A DNA stretch of 64,000 nucleotides, from contig NW_027192195.1 of assembly GCF_041956535.1 (NCBI RefSeq), forward strand, positions 715,533 through 779,532, read 5' to 3'. This DNA comes from Calcarisporiella thermophila CBS 279.70. Taxonomy: Eukaryota; Fungi; Calcarisporiellomycota. Position numbers and translations under genes: made by a program. Under the pieces are notes generated by a model, which searched no databases, was not told the origin of the DNA, and saw only the letters and a list, made by a program, of their open reading frames with translations. Of this stretch, positions 11,791-24,933 are shown in pieces; the stretch's first letter is position 1; every line of letters begins with the position of its first letter.

Positions 11791-14700
11791 TTATTCTCGC
11801 TGGAGAATATCGCGCAGCTCTTTCACCTCAGCCTCAAGCGCCATTCTGGCCTCGCGTTCCGCGGCTAACTCTCCTCGCAGCTTCTCCAGTTCCTGCGATA
11901 CAAAGTTTCGAATTTTGGTTTCCAGTAGACTCGGGGTGGTGGGGGAGTTCGCGGTGGCCGCCGCATTAAATCTCGAAGAGAGCGATCGGACTCCCCCTGC
12001 AGACACGGTTGAAATCCCCGTCTGCACGGCATCCTCCTTGGGGGGCGGTGTGGGACGATCCTGCGAGGGCTCGGTGGAGCTGGGGGGTACCCCAACAGGT
12101 TTGCGACCGGGCGTGGGCCGCAATTGCACGGCGGGTAGCTCGGGTTTTGCCCCGGCAAACGGGGTTGGGAACTTGGCAAACAGTGGCTTGATAGGCTTAG
12201 CCGGTAGCTGAGGACGGTCTTCCGCTTCTGGCTCCTTTGAAGGGATGGCAGGGGCTTCAGGGGCAACCGGATTCTAGTGCATACAGAGGAAAAAGAGAAA
12301 GGAGGAGAAAAAAGAAAATGATATAAGAATGCAGTCCATAAAAGGGAAGTAACTCTAAGGCTATACCTCTTTGGTGGTGTCGGTGGCGGCCGAAGAAGAT
12401 TGCTCCGCCGGACCTTCCTTCGCTGTTGGAAGACGCCGCCCCTTCAGTGCCGGTCGACCCTTGGTCAGTGGCGCGAGCTTCGGGCCCGCACTGGGCAGCG
12501 GAGGCAAAGCCGGCTCTGTTTCCTGCTTCGTTGGCTCGGCTTCTACAGGTGCCATCTCCGCCACCTCTTTCCCTTCTTCGCTCTGCGTCTCTACTTCCGC
12601 CAGGGAGGCGCCTGATAAGGCGGTGTCCGCTTCCTCTCCTCCAACCGCCAATTCCGGTTCAGGAGATTTTACACTCTCGCTAGCCCTATCCTTAAGGTCT
12701 TCGTCCAACGAATGCTCTTGCTCACGCGACCCCTCAGTTACCTCCGTGGTTAAGGGAGTCTCATGCGCGGTCTCCTGCCCACCCTGTTCCTCAGAGGAAG
12801 GGACCACAACCTCCTCCTCTACCGCTTGATCCGACCTCGAGGCATGTTCCACTGGGGACTCCTGTATCACCTCCTCACTCTTCTCCGCGGGCTCCAGACT
12901 GGCCGTAGGCTGACTGGCAGCCTCCTCCGCAATTGGAGCCGACACAGGCACTGGAGCGGCCTCCTTCGGCTCGTCTTCGTGGGGAATACCGAGCTGCACG
13001 CTGGGGCGCTCCTCTTTGTCTGGGGAGACCAAGGAGGGCTCGGATTCGGAGGAAAGTTCTTCCGCGATATTCTTCTCCTTGCTTGTTGAACTCTCCATCA
13101 CGATTTCGCGCTCAGGGATTTGGGGAGGCGGTTGCTGTTGTGGCAGCTCACCTGAAGGATGCATCTCCTCTGGTTCATCCACAATGGGTTGATGTTCAGA
13201 GAGGGGAGGAGCGGTGCCGGTTGGCTCTCCTCTCACAGGTGCAGAGGGGGAACGAGCCGTCGGCTTTTCCGAGGTGGAGCGACGTTGTGGGAGGCTTGGG
13301 ACCTTGCCAGGAAAGAGCCCTGGAATTGGAACCCCTGTTTTCATGATCGATTTGATTGCTCTCGGAGTCTGATCCTCCCCCTCCCCCTCTTCCTCCCTTC
13401 GAATTTCTTCGGAGCTCTTTCGTTGGTCTTGCGCAGGCTCATCCGCTTCCTCACGACCGGCCTCCTCCACAGCGGCGGAAGGGATCGCCGGAAGTACCGC
13501 TCGGGGAGGCACCTTTTGACCCTCATGTGCCTCGTGCACAGAAGGGGGCCGTCGCCCCGGCAGCGGCGGTCTCGTGGGTGATGTAGGAGACTCGTCCACC
13601 TTCCCAGAGTCGGTCGATCGCACCGACACAGAGCGTTTCACCGAAGGAATAGGGGGCGGCTTTGCAAGGGATCCGGAGGACGAGGTGGATTGCGTGGAAG
13701 TCCTCCTGGCGGGCAGAGTCGGGGAAACCTGCTCCACCTGAGAGGGTGGCCGGTCAGTCGAGTGGGAGGAGACGGGGCGAGAGCTCGTTGTCGAGGTGCG
13801 TGGAATGGGGGGAGGCGAAGTGTGTCCTTCGTGGGCTGAAGTGCGAGTCTTTTGGGGGCTACGGGACCGAGGGACGGGCTGCGGAGCGGCTGGGGTCTCG
13901 CGCAGCTCCATCACAAAGTTGGCGGGGAAGACACCGGTTGCTCCCTGTTCGTTCGTCCCGCGCCACCAACCCTCGTCATCTTGTTTGTCATGCACCTCCA
14001 CATAGGAACCCCGGACTAGATCTATCTCATCTGCCAGAGCGAAAGAAGCCATTTAGCCACAGATTAAATCACAAGAGGCACGGGGCAGAGATCCTTGCCA
14101 AGAGCAAAGAAAAGAGCATTTAGGTACCTTCACCGGCAGCCGTATATTCATGCGTCACAATGGCCTTGAAAAGAACAGGTGCCTTTGTGGCCTCGCTTCG
14201 ATTGGATGGCTCCGCCACAGGTATGGGAGAGGTTGCCGTGGGACTAGTTGTGGGGTGGGAATGCGCTGGTGGAGGAGGAGGGCCATGCGATGGAGGGGGT
14301 GGCGCATGGGATGGAGGGGAGGTATGAGCGGGTGCGGGAGGAGGCGGAGGAGGAGGAGCGTGAGTCGGAGGAGGAGCATGAGTTGAATGAGGCGGGGGTG
14401 GGGGGGGAGGGGAGGTGTGGGGAGGTGATTTTGACTGTAAATGTGCACCAAGTTAATATGCAATAAAATAGGATTGGGTAGAAAGAGGAGTTTGCAATAC
14501 CCGTTCGGGGCTGGTCGCACTCTTGCTCTCTTCGGCGCCGCTACTCTTCTTCTTTTTCAGTGATGGTAATCCGCCCGAGAACAAGCTACCAATTCCACCC
14601 TGCTTGACCCCGTACGCAGCAAGTTTGAAGCCAGGCTTCTCTGAAGTGCGCGTGAAAATGCCCATTAGATATCAGAACATTGGAAATGCGAAAAAAAAAA

Positions 14701-15503
14701 CAATTTACTCTTCATCGACTCCCCTTCTTCCTCCGCTTGTGCTTCTGGAGTCTCTATCACCTTGACGAGCTGGGGAAAACAAAAATCGCGTGAAAATGCA
14801 AGAAACATCCGCTGCAATACACCAACTACTTACATTTGGCCGGAAGAACCCAATCCGCCCGTTCAAATCTCCTTTCCAGTATTCCTCTCCCTGTTCCAGG
14901 ACCGTTATAACTCCGCCTTTCCACAGCGAAAGTTCACCGGGTTCTGCTGCCTCATAATCCTCTTCTACCAGAGCAAGCACCTTGCTTTTGGTCGCAGCTG
15001 GTTAAAAGAGGGAGAGGGGGGGAGAGGTAGATTAGCTCTACCCGTTAATTACAAGGAAAGATGAACATAAAATGGTTACTCTCTGCCTTTGTGCTCTCTG
15101 TATTCTCCTCTCTCTCTCCCTTTTCTGCGGTGCCCTCATCCGTTTTTTCATCGACAACCTCCACGAAATTACTCGGGAACCAGCCGCTTTCGCCATTCTC
15201 TCTCTCTCCCACCCACCAACTATCGAACTCGCGGTTAACGACGCGCAACTTTTCGCCGACCTGAAGCTCTAATTCATCCTCCTTCGTTGGCTCATAACTG
15301 TGCAAAACCTTGACGATGACGGAACCAGAGGGTGAGGCATTGGCTATATGAAAAGAGGGGTGAATCAGCAGGTTGCTTTTCGCCTCAACATCGATTGGAT
15401 TGGTCATCTAGGCTGAATCACTGCGAATTAGGGGCGGAGCACTCATCGCCACTCCTCGAATCCTATCAAACAACCTAGGATGCGGATGGAACCTACCTTC
15501 CAT
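11791..15503 (-). CDS. Triple-SH3 adaptor with Pro-rich region, CPI-like motif and C-terminal coiled coil (CD2AP/CIN85-like)
   Basis: SH3-1 VLHSYEPTKEDELELQVGE...GWFPSNFVEV; SH3-2 EEDYEAAEPGELSLWKG...RIGFFRPN; SH3-3 THEYTAAGE|DEIDLVRG...GVFPANFVMEL; LAPLTKGRPALKGRRLP; C-terminal ELEKLRGELAAEREARMALEAEVKELR. First coding exon is 7 nt (15503-15497). Confidence 0.88.
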
Positions 15504-15783
15504 CGTTCTCAGTGCAAGATATATAGGTGAAGCAAGAATAGAAAAAAAAAAAAAATAAACCTAAAAGCAAATGGACTTAGGCAACAATGGTGTCTTATGA
15601 GGAAGTGGATAAAAAAACACGTTAACCCACCTTTTTTTTTCCACTCCTAGCCCTGATTTCTAAGACGTTACACTAGGTTAGGTTTCATCTTGGAGGGGGC
15701 ACCAGTTATTTGAAAAATAGCAAGTAGTCAAACATGCGAATACTATATACCTAACAAAGACACATTCCGCAAATACGAATGGA

Positions 15784-15813
15784 ATATAATATATATATAT
15801 GTATATGTATATA
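15784..15813. repeat. (TA)n/(TATG)n microsatellite
   Basis: atatataatatatatatatgtatatgtatata. Confidence 0.7.
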
Positions 15814-16001
15814 CGAGGTTACATTCGGGCGGAAAAAAGAGAGGGGGGGGGGGTGCAGGAAATCATGGGAAGAAAGGCAGGACACAATTGAAATAAAACA
15901 GCAACAAATTGAACGCAATGCATGAGATATAATTTAAGAGATGAAGGCGGGGGAGGTCTATACTTGATATTTAAATAGGTTGTTTTTGGCTCTCTTTCCT
16001 T

Positions 16002-17946
16002 TCAGATCAAAGCAATGTTGTCTGTATCTGGTGCATCCACCGCGGCACTCTTGAAGGCCTCACGCGAGTACACGATGCCAAGCAGAGGAGGGCCGGTAAG
16101 CATTCCTATCCAAAACACAACATTCCCGAGAATCTTTCGCTGCCGAACGACCGGCACCCGTGAAAGAAACATGAGAGGAACTTGCAACATCTGCAGGAAG
16201 AACAGAAGCATCCGGAAGCGACGAGATACCACAATCATAACAAGTTCGTGAAGACATGAGGAGAGGAGAAAAGTGAGCAGGGTAGCGTTAATTTTGGAGA
16301 GGTTGTATGCCTCTACACTTGAGTGGTAAACATGACGAAGGAGGAAGCGATGCACAGGCTATTGGGCGTGTAAACAATGTTACGTCCTTGGGACTCCCAG
16401 GGTGAGGTCTTCGTTCTACAAGCTTACCTTATTCCATTTCCTGGCGAATTCGTCCCAAGACGTGCTGTTCCAGAAATCATCATAAAAATTTCGATCGGCA
16501 AAGCTAGCGGGAAAAGAAAAAAAGGTTAGTGTGACGAGGGGGGAGCGAAAATGCTGTACAACGGTGTGATAAATACCAGCTTAGTTCTGCAAACAAGTTG
16601 CATATGCACTCGAAAATGATGTAGAAGATAAGCAAATAACCTAGTTAGTTAGCAAGGTGAGCAACGATCCATCCGACTCTCAAGAGCATACGACTCTGAT
16701 GCTTACCGATCATAAATGGGAAGAGGAGCTGCAGCAACATCCGGAACATGGACAAGTTCACGTCCTGCAGCACGGGAATAATGTAGTGCTCGGCCGTCAG
16801 ATACAAAAGTAGAAAGGTCCCAAGCGTAGCCACTGTTTTCTCGAAAACATACCAAGGACGGACTCTATAGTCCACCGGTGTCAAAAAGAAATGCACGTAT
16901 GAATGGCGATTCCCCTTCATATTTACCTTTCTGTGCGTGGGTACTCCAATTCATACACTAGAGTAGGCACAAACAAATATTCAATATAATTCGCCCACGT
17001 AAGGTTGTTGGGATACCGCATTTTCCCCGGGCATAGCTCATGGTCCAACTCTTTTAGCTCATTTCGAATATGCTCGACATGGCACTCCAAGGTGTGACGC
17101 TCATCGTGCGGTATGTCTTCCAGTTTCTTGAGCTTGGCGGTAAGTTCGTCTAATTCCTTCTCCAGTGCCTCAAAATGTAGGTGATGCGCAGCAAGTTCAT
17201 TATTTCGGGCACAATAGGAGTGGAGCTTCATTAGCATGACGAGGGTATGGAGCACGAAGAAGCCGGACTGGACCCAGGGCCAATCTCTGAGATATTGTAT
17301 AAGAGTGTGAGCGTAAGAGAGGAGAGCATATATCTTGGGAGAAAAACAAAACATCAGGCCGTTACCTCCAGAAAGTCCAATAGATAGCGGCGCTCAAAAA
17401 TGCGGCCTGATACAAATGCTGAACAGCATTGGCAGCGCCTCCACCAATCCATCGGGCGGCAACACATTTCTGTAAAATGACTCCGAAGCCAGTCAACACC
17501 ACCATGACCAGGTCGGACGCCATAAGCGCAAGAGCATCCTGCGAAAAGATCGAAAACAATCCAAGCGATATAATGGTTCCGCGCTTCTCAAGATTCTCCA
17601 CTACCGTGAGAATGACATAAAAAGCCATGGCAAGCCAGAAAAGGGTGAAAAATCCACGGAACTCCTGCTCCTGGGAGTGAATGTTGACCGAGTCGAGGCG
17701 TGAGGTGCGTGCGTGGAACGATACGGGGCGCCTCTTGTGGCGGGAATGCGGTTTTCGAGTGGCGCTGCCTGGGAGGTTTTTTCCATCCGGAGGAGAGGAA
17801 TGATGTCGATCGATTTTTGGACGTGAAGCGGTGTCCGAGTCGGAGGCATAGGGGGTAGGGGGGGTGCTGGTGTCCGTAATGTCTCCGTTGATGACGGGTG
17901 GAAAGGGGGTAAGCTGCAGAGCCCGTAATTCAACGTCCCTGACCAT
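16002..17946 (-). CDS. ARE2: Sterol O-acyltransferase (MBOAT, ARE/ACAT)
   Basis: FRGFFTLFW, LMKLHSY, YPNNLTWANYIEYLFVPTLVYELEYPRT, FADRNFYDDFWNS, RKWNKPVHRFLLRHVY, SSCLHE (catalytic His); five GT-AG introns. Confidence 0.95.
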
Positions 17947-18925
17947 AGTATTGTCTGTTGAGGTTGGATGTACAGCGAATGAGGGAAGGATAGATTCGAG
18001 ATGAAAATTCCAAAATGATCGAAAGAAAACCAATAGGAGATTAGATGGACAACTACCCGTGAGGCAGAAACAATTAGCCCTATTGAAGCACAATAGTTTC
18101 GCCCAGAACCAAAGGAGATAAAGCTCTCTCGACCAAAATTTTTCATTTTATTCTCCGAATTTTGCTCAGAGAGGAGTAAGTGAAATATATGAATTATTAA
18201 GTTTGGCGGGGAAAGAGGGAAAATGCCTTGTATCCAGATTCCTGCTTGAATGTCGAGTCTAAAACTCGCTATGGGAAATTCGTTTTTCCTACATAGCTAT
18301 TTTTAATGACTGCTAATAATAACTACAGCAATGACACCCTGTTTGATTACTGTCTCTTTTAGCTGCATATTACATGAGGCTACTTTACAGAGTCACATGT
18401 CCAAACACTCTCTTATCCTTCTGCTAAAGAGAAGGAGGAGCCCCCTCCCCTGCTCTTCAGACAAGCAGTTTATTACCAGCCTGGGAGATAGAAATTCTAG
18501 CCCAAGTGAGGCAACTTACTTTCCGAGCCAAAAAAAAAAAATAGGTAGACCGACCGCAGCCTCAATGGGTCGCTGAAACACTGGCTTTGTCTGTGCTCTG
18601 AATCTGCGATATTAAACGATGTATAAAATCACAGCCATTAGCTATAATGAACATGTTTACCGGTGCTTCATTTCATTTTGAAATGGAATTCTCCATTCTC
18701 CGATCCTGTTCCTGTCTCGGGTGTCAAATTAACCCTCAAAATAAGAGCAGCATATTACTCAATGCCCTTAAACCGGTATTCTCACGTCCAAAACATTTCT
18801 TGGCTATTAGTAAATAAAATTATCAAATACTGCAAACAAAAAAACGAAAGATGTTACAAAGAAAGATAAACCGCAAATATAATTAATATTGAAAAATAAG
18901 AAAAAGCTGCTATCTATGGAAGACC

Positions 18926-21388
18926 TTAGTGGATATTTCTCCTCTGAATTGCTGCAATCCGTGTACTTCGTCTTCGTACCACTCCCCCTTCCACTGGCGG
19001 AGGGTTGGCTTCAGCCATGTTCTCAGCTCCACTCCTCTTCAGAATTGGCTTCAGTGCCAAACCGGGTGTCGCTTTCCGATCCCTCTGACCTCCAGTCGTA
19101 TTGGTGGTGGAGCTAATTCGCGGTGTACTGTGTAATTTATTCTTCTCGCCTTTTTCTTCTTCATCTTCGCCGAGGAGGGTGGGTCGCTTACGCGGGATAT
19201 TTGCTGAGCTTTCGCGAAGGGGAGTGGGTATGTCGAGAGGAGAAAAGTCTGCAGTAGATGTGGCAAGTCGATGGGGAGTACGGGGTGTAATTTTGGCGCT
19301 GGGCGTAGACGATTTTTTCAGGAAACTAATAGAAAAATCAATCCAATTCAATTCAATATAAAAGCCATTCCCCCTCCTCAGCAAGAAATTCATACTCAGG
19401 GGTATCTGGCAAACTTTTCAAGAGTAACTGCGTCTTAAGTGCCCGCTTTTCCTCCTCCAAGGCTTCGCGCTCGGCTCTCATGGCCGCCCGCTCTTTGGCC
19501 ATTCGAATAGTCTCTTCCGTGAACTTTCTGCGCTCAGCCTGTAACTGCACACGAGCACGCTCCAGCTCTGACTTTTGCTCGTCATACTCGACCATTGTGA
19601 TCTCATTCGTCGAAGAGTTGAGATGCTTCTCCGCTGCTTCATCGAAGAATTTACCTTCCATAAAGTGATCGATCACTTTTTTGCGCTCTTCAGCAACATA
19701 CTTGAGTTGATCTGCATCAAGATAGCGCGTCGTCAACTATTTTGCAATCTGGGCAATTGAGAAAAACAAATACTTGCCAAGTTCAGCGCTCAGCTGGCGT
19801 GCTTCCTCCAAATATTCTGCGATCTCCTGATCTTTCCTTTCCAATTCCGCAGGGTCGACTACAGGGTCAGAGGAGGGGCGATGATTCCACTCTTCCCTAA
19901 GCGTAGACAACAATTCCCTCACCCTTTCTTCCATCCGTGTCCCGGCCATATGAATTGGCAACTTGAAAAGCCGTGATGCTTCCATCTTTTTTCCCTTTAA
20001 CCAGACAAATTTAGACTATTACTCCAAGGAAATGTTAGTGCTAGAGCGTGCTTACGAGAGAATCTTCTGCCGGCTCCAATTTCTCAAGAATTCGTCCTTC
20101 CTTCGCCGCTTCTCCACGAAGCAATATCTCAATTTCCTGGTATAACTCCAACAACAAATTGCGCAAGATATCATTCTCATCAATGAGGACGTTTTCACGC
20201 TCACTAAGGGCTTCCAACGCTTCATTGTGTAAATCATAGCTCTAAGAAGATGGAAGTTGTGAGTGTGTGATTGGAAGAGGAGAGATAACAAGGCTGCAAA
20301 CCTCTTCTCCGGCCTGACGTCGCACAGTGGGACGAGATGCAGGGTTTGCTAGTGTGATCGTGATTTTGCTCGCTTTATATTTTTCGTTGGTTAGCTTTTG
20401 CACTCGGTCTTTCAGCTTGTTGAAGTTGAGCTCGCGTTTTCGGAGTTCATGCTAGAACACATCTTTAAGTCATTTCTCATATAGCCAAGTTAACGTTTGT
20501 AATTACCGCAAATTGAGTCTTTGCGAATTGCAAATTTGATTTCGCTGCCAATAACTCTTGTTTGGTCACCTTGTGCTTCTCTACCTCCGCTTTATGGGCC
20601 TTCTCGGCATTTCTTTAAGCAAAATGGATCCAATTAAAATTGGCAGCTATAGAAAGTCTCCCCCACAGTACTTACTCTAATCTCGCTCTGAGCATGGCTG
20701 CTTCGCGCTCAGCTTGCTCTAATTTAACTTTTAGTCCATTCTAATATGTAATATTTACAGTTATGTTTGAACTAAAATAAAAAACTATCCAGTTTCAGGG
20801 AGAGGAACTTATACGTACGTGATTTGATTGCAGCACTTCATGTTCACTCTGAAGCCTGCGCAAATTGTCTGACACCTCTTCCTTTTGTTCACTGTCTCTC
20901 TAATCCCAATTTCATTAAATAAAATTAAACCTCCGTTAATGAACGTTATGGTATCATTTACCATTACAATGCCTTTCAACTTACCTGTTGCTTGTTCAAT
21001 AATGAAAATAAACAGTTAATTATGCGAGCTGATCCCTCTTTTGTCGGATTCAAAAAATTAAGGGGAGACGGAAAACCGCGTGTCGCGAGCTGATGGTTAA
21101 TATAGTCACCAGTGGCCGACAAGTTATCGCCAGAGCAAAAATCACTAAATGAAACAGGTTAATTGCCATGAAAAGAACTCTTGCAAGTCTAGCTGAAACT
21201 AATTGGAGCGACACTTACGGGCTCGTCATATCGCTGTAAAAAGACGCATTCCCCACCTTGGCTTGGTATGGGGTGGAAGGCTCAAAATAGCTAATGGATA
21301 GAGAAGTTACCAAACCAAAACAAACCTAATGTACGGCTCTCAGTTTCACCAACCTGAGCTCAAGGCTACTGTCTCCGTCCGTGTCCAT
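18926..21388 (-). CDS. Afadin/alpha-actinin-binding (ADIP/SSX2IP/Msd1-like) coiled-coil protein
   Basis: Spliced reading gives DFCSGDNLSATGDYINHQLATRGFPSPLNF...RIINCLFSLLNKQQ|RDSEQKEEVSDNLRRLQSE..., LIDENDILRNLL and ERRKFTEETIRMAKERAAMRAEREALEEEK. The 5' exons (MDTDGDSSLELS-DMTSP) are tentative. Confidence 0.75.
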
Positions 21389-21703
21389 TTCGTCTGTTGT
21401 AGCTCCACGAACTTGTCGATTAGATATCCGTTTTAATTCAATAAAGGTAGGTTTTTTCAAAACACGTAAGAATAAATTTCTAACGCGTCTTTGGAATTCC
21501 ATTGGTGAACTGCCCTCGACAGCATTTCCTTTTAAAGTCCGAAACATTGAGGAGAAAATTCGAGTCCAAAGGTTTCTCTGCTATCAACGCTATTTCTTCA
21601 TATCGCTTATTTTCTGACCTGCCCTGCTTGCTGTGGGGCACATCTCTCTTAGATTTACATCATCAAATACAACCCTTTGGATTTCTGTGGGGATATTCAA
21701 ACG

Positions 21704-23278
21704 ATGATGTCCACTGAACTCTCGAAGGTAAGTCAAAATTTTTAATTGGGACTATGGGCTATTCGATCCCCTCGATATCCTCCCCCGCTCTCCTCACTTT
21801 TTGATATGTATATTGTATTAAATTGTAATCTCTTTTGCATCTACAATCTTAATAGCTTACTTTAAACGGCTATGTCGGTTTCGACACCATCACCAGTCAA
21901 ATTGAAAAGAAACTCTTAAAACGTGGATTTCAGTTCAATGTCATGGTATGCGGTAAGTTAAGGAGATCCTGATGTCGGCCTGGGATAGCATCAAAGAATT
22001 CTGTTAATGCGACGTATATTTTTTTAGGTCAATCCGGATTGGGAAAATCTACACTTGTGAACACAATTTTCGCAGCTCATCTCATTGACAGTAAAGGACG
22101 CATCGCAGCTGATGAGCCACCTAGGCAAACTACTGAAATTCAAGTTGTCTCACACGGTATGGTCCTTGGTTATACTAGAAAAAAAATCATATAATTTATT
22201 CTTGCGCTTTTGCTTTTGCTTTTGCTTTTTATGCCCTTAGTTATCGAGGAAAACGGTGTTCGACTCAAGTTGAATATCGTGGATACACCTGGATATGGAG
22301 ATCAAATTAATAATGAAAACTGGTAAAGCCGTCCTCCAATTTCATGGGCTAACTTCTTTATTAACATGGCTTTGATTCAATTGATTAGCTGGGAACCTAT
22401 AATTAAATACATAAAAGACCAACACTCTGCCTATCTTCGTAAGGAACTCACTGCCCAGCGCGATCGCTACATCCAAGACACTCGAATCCATTGCTGCCTC
22501 TTCTTTATTTCGCCCACCGGACACTCCCTGAAGCCTATAGATATTGTCGTGCTAAAGAAATTGACTGACGTTGTGAACGTCGTACCGGTAATTGCCAAGG
22601 CCGATTCCCTCACAATGGAAGAGCGGATTGCTTTTAAGAAGAGGGTAATTCTTGCTTCCTTTCGCTCGGTGCACAGTCCACTAATTGGGATTCCATTCGA
22701 TTATAGATCAAGCAAGAAATGGCCTTCCACAATATTAGACTCTATCCCTATGAGAGCGACGAGGATGAAGAACAGGAAATAGCGCTGAATGAAAGCATCA
22801 AGGTAGTCAATTTGTCTATACGCCATCAAATATCGATTTTTCTAATATAAAATCTATTTGCAGGAAATCATTCCTTTTGCCGTAGTAGGCTCAGAGAAAA
22901 GTGTGGAAATTAATGGTCTGTCTGTCCGTGGTCGGAAGACGCGATGGGGTGTTATCAATGGTGACGATCGCCTTTCCCCCCTAAACATTGACTGGTGAAC
23001 TGATAACTCATATTGTTTGGCAATAGTGGAGGATGAAAACCATTGCGAGTTTGTACATTTGCGCAATTTCTTGACAAGGTAAGGAGATAAGAGAACCAGC
23101 TAGAGTAGAGCTAGATTTCTCACATCTTTACTTTAATAGGACACACCTCCAAGATCTTATTGAAACCACAGCCCAAATTCACTATGAGGCATTCCGCTCC
23201 AAGCAGCTGATGGCTCTGAAGGAATCGACCGGGGCATCAAGCGCCCAAAATCATTCCAGTGCAAACTTGGCTCACTAA
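21704..23278 (+). CDS. CDC10: Septin, Cdc10/group-1 type (no C-terminal coiled coil)
   Basis: YVGFDTITSQIEKKLLKRGFQFNVMVCGQSGLGKSTLVNT, DTPGYGD, VIAKADSLT, VRGRKTRWG, THLQDLIETTAQIHYEAFRSKQL; stop TAA at 23276-23278. Confidence 0.95.
22207..22230 (+). repeat. (CTTTTG)4 intronic tandem repeat
   Basis: cttttgcttttgcttttgcttttt in a septin intron. Confidence 0.7.
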
Positions 23279-23843
23279 TCTCCACAATAGGGAGCAGAGA
23301 TGCGCACAAACCAGTTATACTTCATTCATATTTTCTTTTTTTTTTTAATAAGTATTTTTTTTTTTTTCAGCTATGAATTTGTTTTCTCATTTTAACATTG
23401 GCAATATTAGTTAATATAATTGAGCTTCTATTTTCTACCATTGCTTTTGAGGCTCACACTTAATAATAAAACCAATTCACCGCAAGACAAGGCTAGGGAG
23501 CGGATATCCGCAACCTAATTGGTAACCCTTCCTTGAGTTTTGATCCTTTGGTAGGGACATTCTGCCATTATTGTAAAATGCCCGCATATCAGGAACAAGA
23601 AACGGCATTATCTATACTTTGCCAGCAGTTAAGGAGGCTATTTTCTTAATAGCCTCTCTAAAATGAAATCCGTAAATTCAGTTTCAAACTGAAATAGCTT
23701 TTGTAGGCGACAGAAAAAATGAGGTCGTTGTATATTCTCCTAATGATATTTTTTTGGTTGTAAACCGAGCGGCATATTGCCATTGCTGGTAATAAAGGTG
23801 AATCTATATTGCATCTTAAAATATAATCAATGTTCCACATCTA

Positions 23844-24933
23844 TTATTTTATTGCTGACAGCCCCAATATTCGTCTAAATGCTGGGACTCGGAATGCGAT
23901 GTTTTGACCCACGCTAAAAGTACTAGACGTCAACCAATACAGGCAGAGTGCCTACAGAAAAGAAGAGCAAAATAAAAGTGAGTAAATGAGGTTTATATTT
24001 TCATTTAAACACAAGAGACCCAAAGAGAGTAAAATAGGTCCATTTGTATTCACCGTAGGAAGTTGAGTCGCGATCGGGGCCGAGACAATGGCTAGCCCCC
24101 GTGCAAGCCCGCGCAGTATTCGCTGTCGATTCGTTAAATCTACCTCTCTTTTTAGCCATGCATTCCACTCGACATTAATCACATTGGTTATCCCAATCGC
24201 CATCGGTAGCAGCCAGGTATGATCTGGCTGGGTCAGGTCTGTAAACCATGCAATTCCGCCTGTTTGAAGGCCGTCCACTGGCGATGTGGGAAGTGGGAGC
24301 CAAGGGATAGGGAAAGAGGTCATGGAGCGAAGTGTGAATGACATGGAAAGAAACAGAGGAAGCTGTACCCAGGGAAGCAGAAGAACGCGCCAAGGCTCGC
24401 ACTTATGCGCCCGATAGAGTGATTTTATCTTCTCGCGATACTAGATTAGATGGAGTCAGCTATGTTTAAGAGAGAAGCTCTATAAATTTGGCATGTACCT
24501 CTTTTTGTAGCAGCGATTCATACTCCTCGTAGGTCAAGCCTCTCTTCTTTGCATCGCGTGTCACTGTGTGCTTTAACGTTTCGGTCCAACTTTTTATTAC
24601 TGGTGCAATGCCGTTCATTCTCGCAACATATTTTTGTTGCGAGATAGCAATTGGGAAAGTCAAGGTACTCCGGAGAATTACAGTTGCAGCTACAATGGAT
24701 GCCCACCATGGCAGATGTGCTGAATGGTGAAGTTGCTCAAGGAAATATTGGTTGGTAGAGAGGATTCCGGAGAAGATTTCAGAAAAGGCGGAGGTGGTAA
24801 CGGGGTCGGATGGTTGCGTAGAGGTATCACGAGCAAGACTCGTGGAAATAGGACGATGATGGTGGCAAAGCAGGCACGTAGTTGGCCGTGCCGCGTACCT
24901 AAGAGGCCTAATTAAGGCTGCAGTTCTGAGCAT
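23844..24933 (-). CDS. COX18: Mitochondrial Oxa1/YidC-family insertase, Cox18-like
   Basis: Arg-rich presequence; LPWWASIVAATVILRSTLTFP, LLPWVQLPLFLSMSFTLRSM, GGIAWFTDLTQPD, LCLYWLTSSTFSVGQN; no Oxa1 C-terminal tail. Confidence 0.88.

Noticed and set aside
23524-23530. TAACCCT as a telomerase template
   Set aside because: Only one repeat plus 1 nt; lacks an alignment region.
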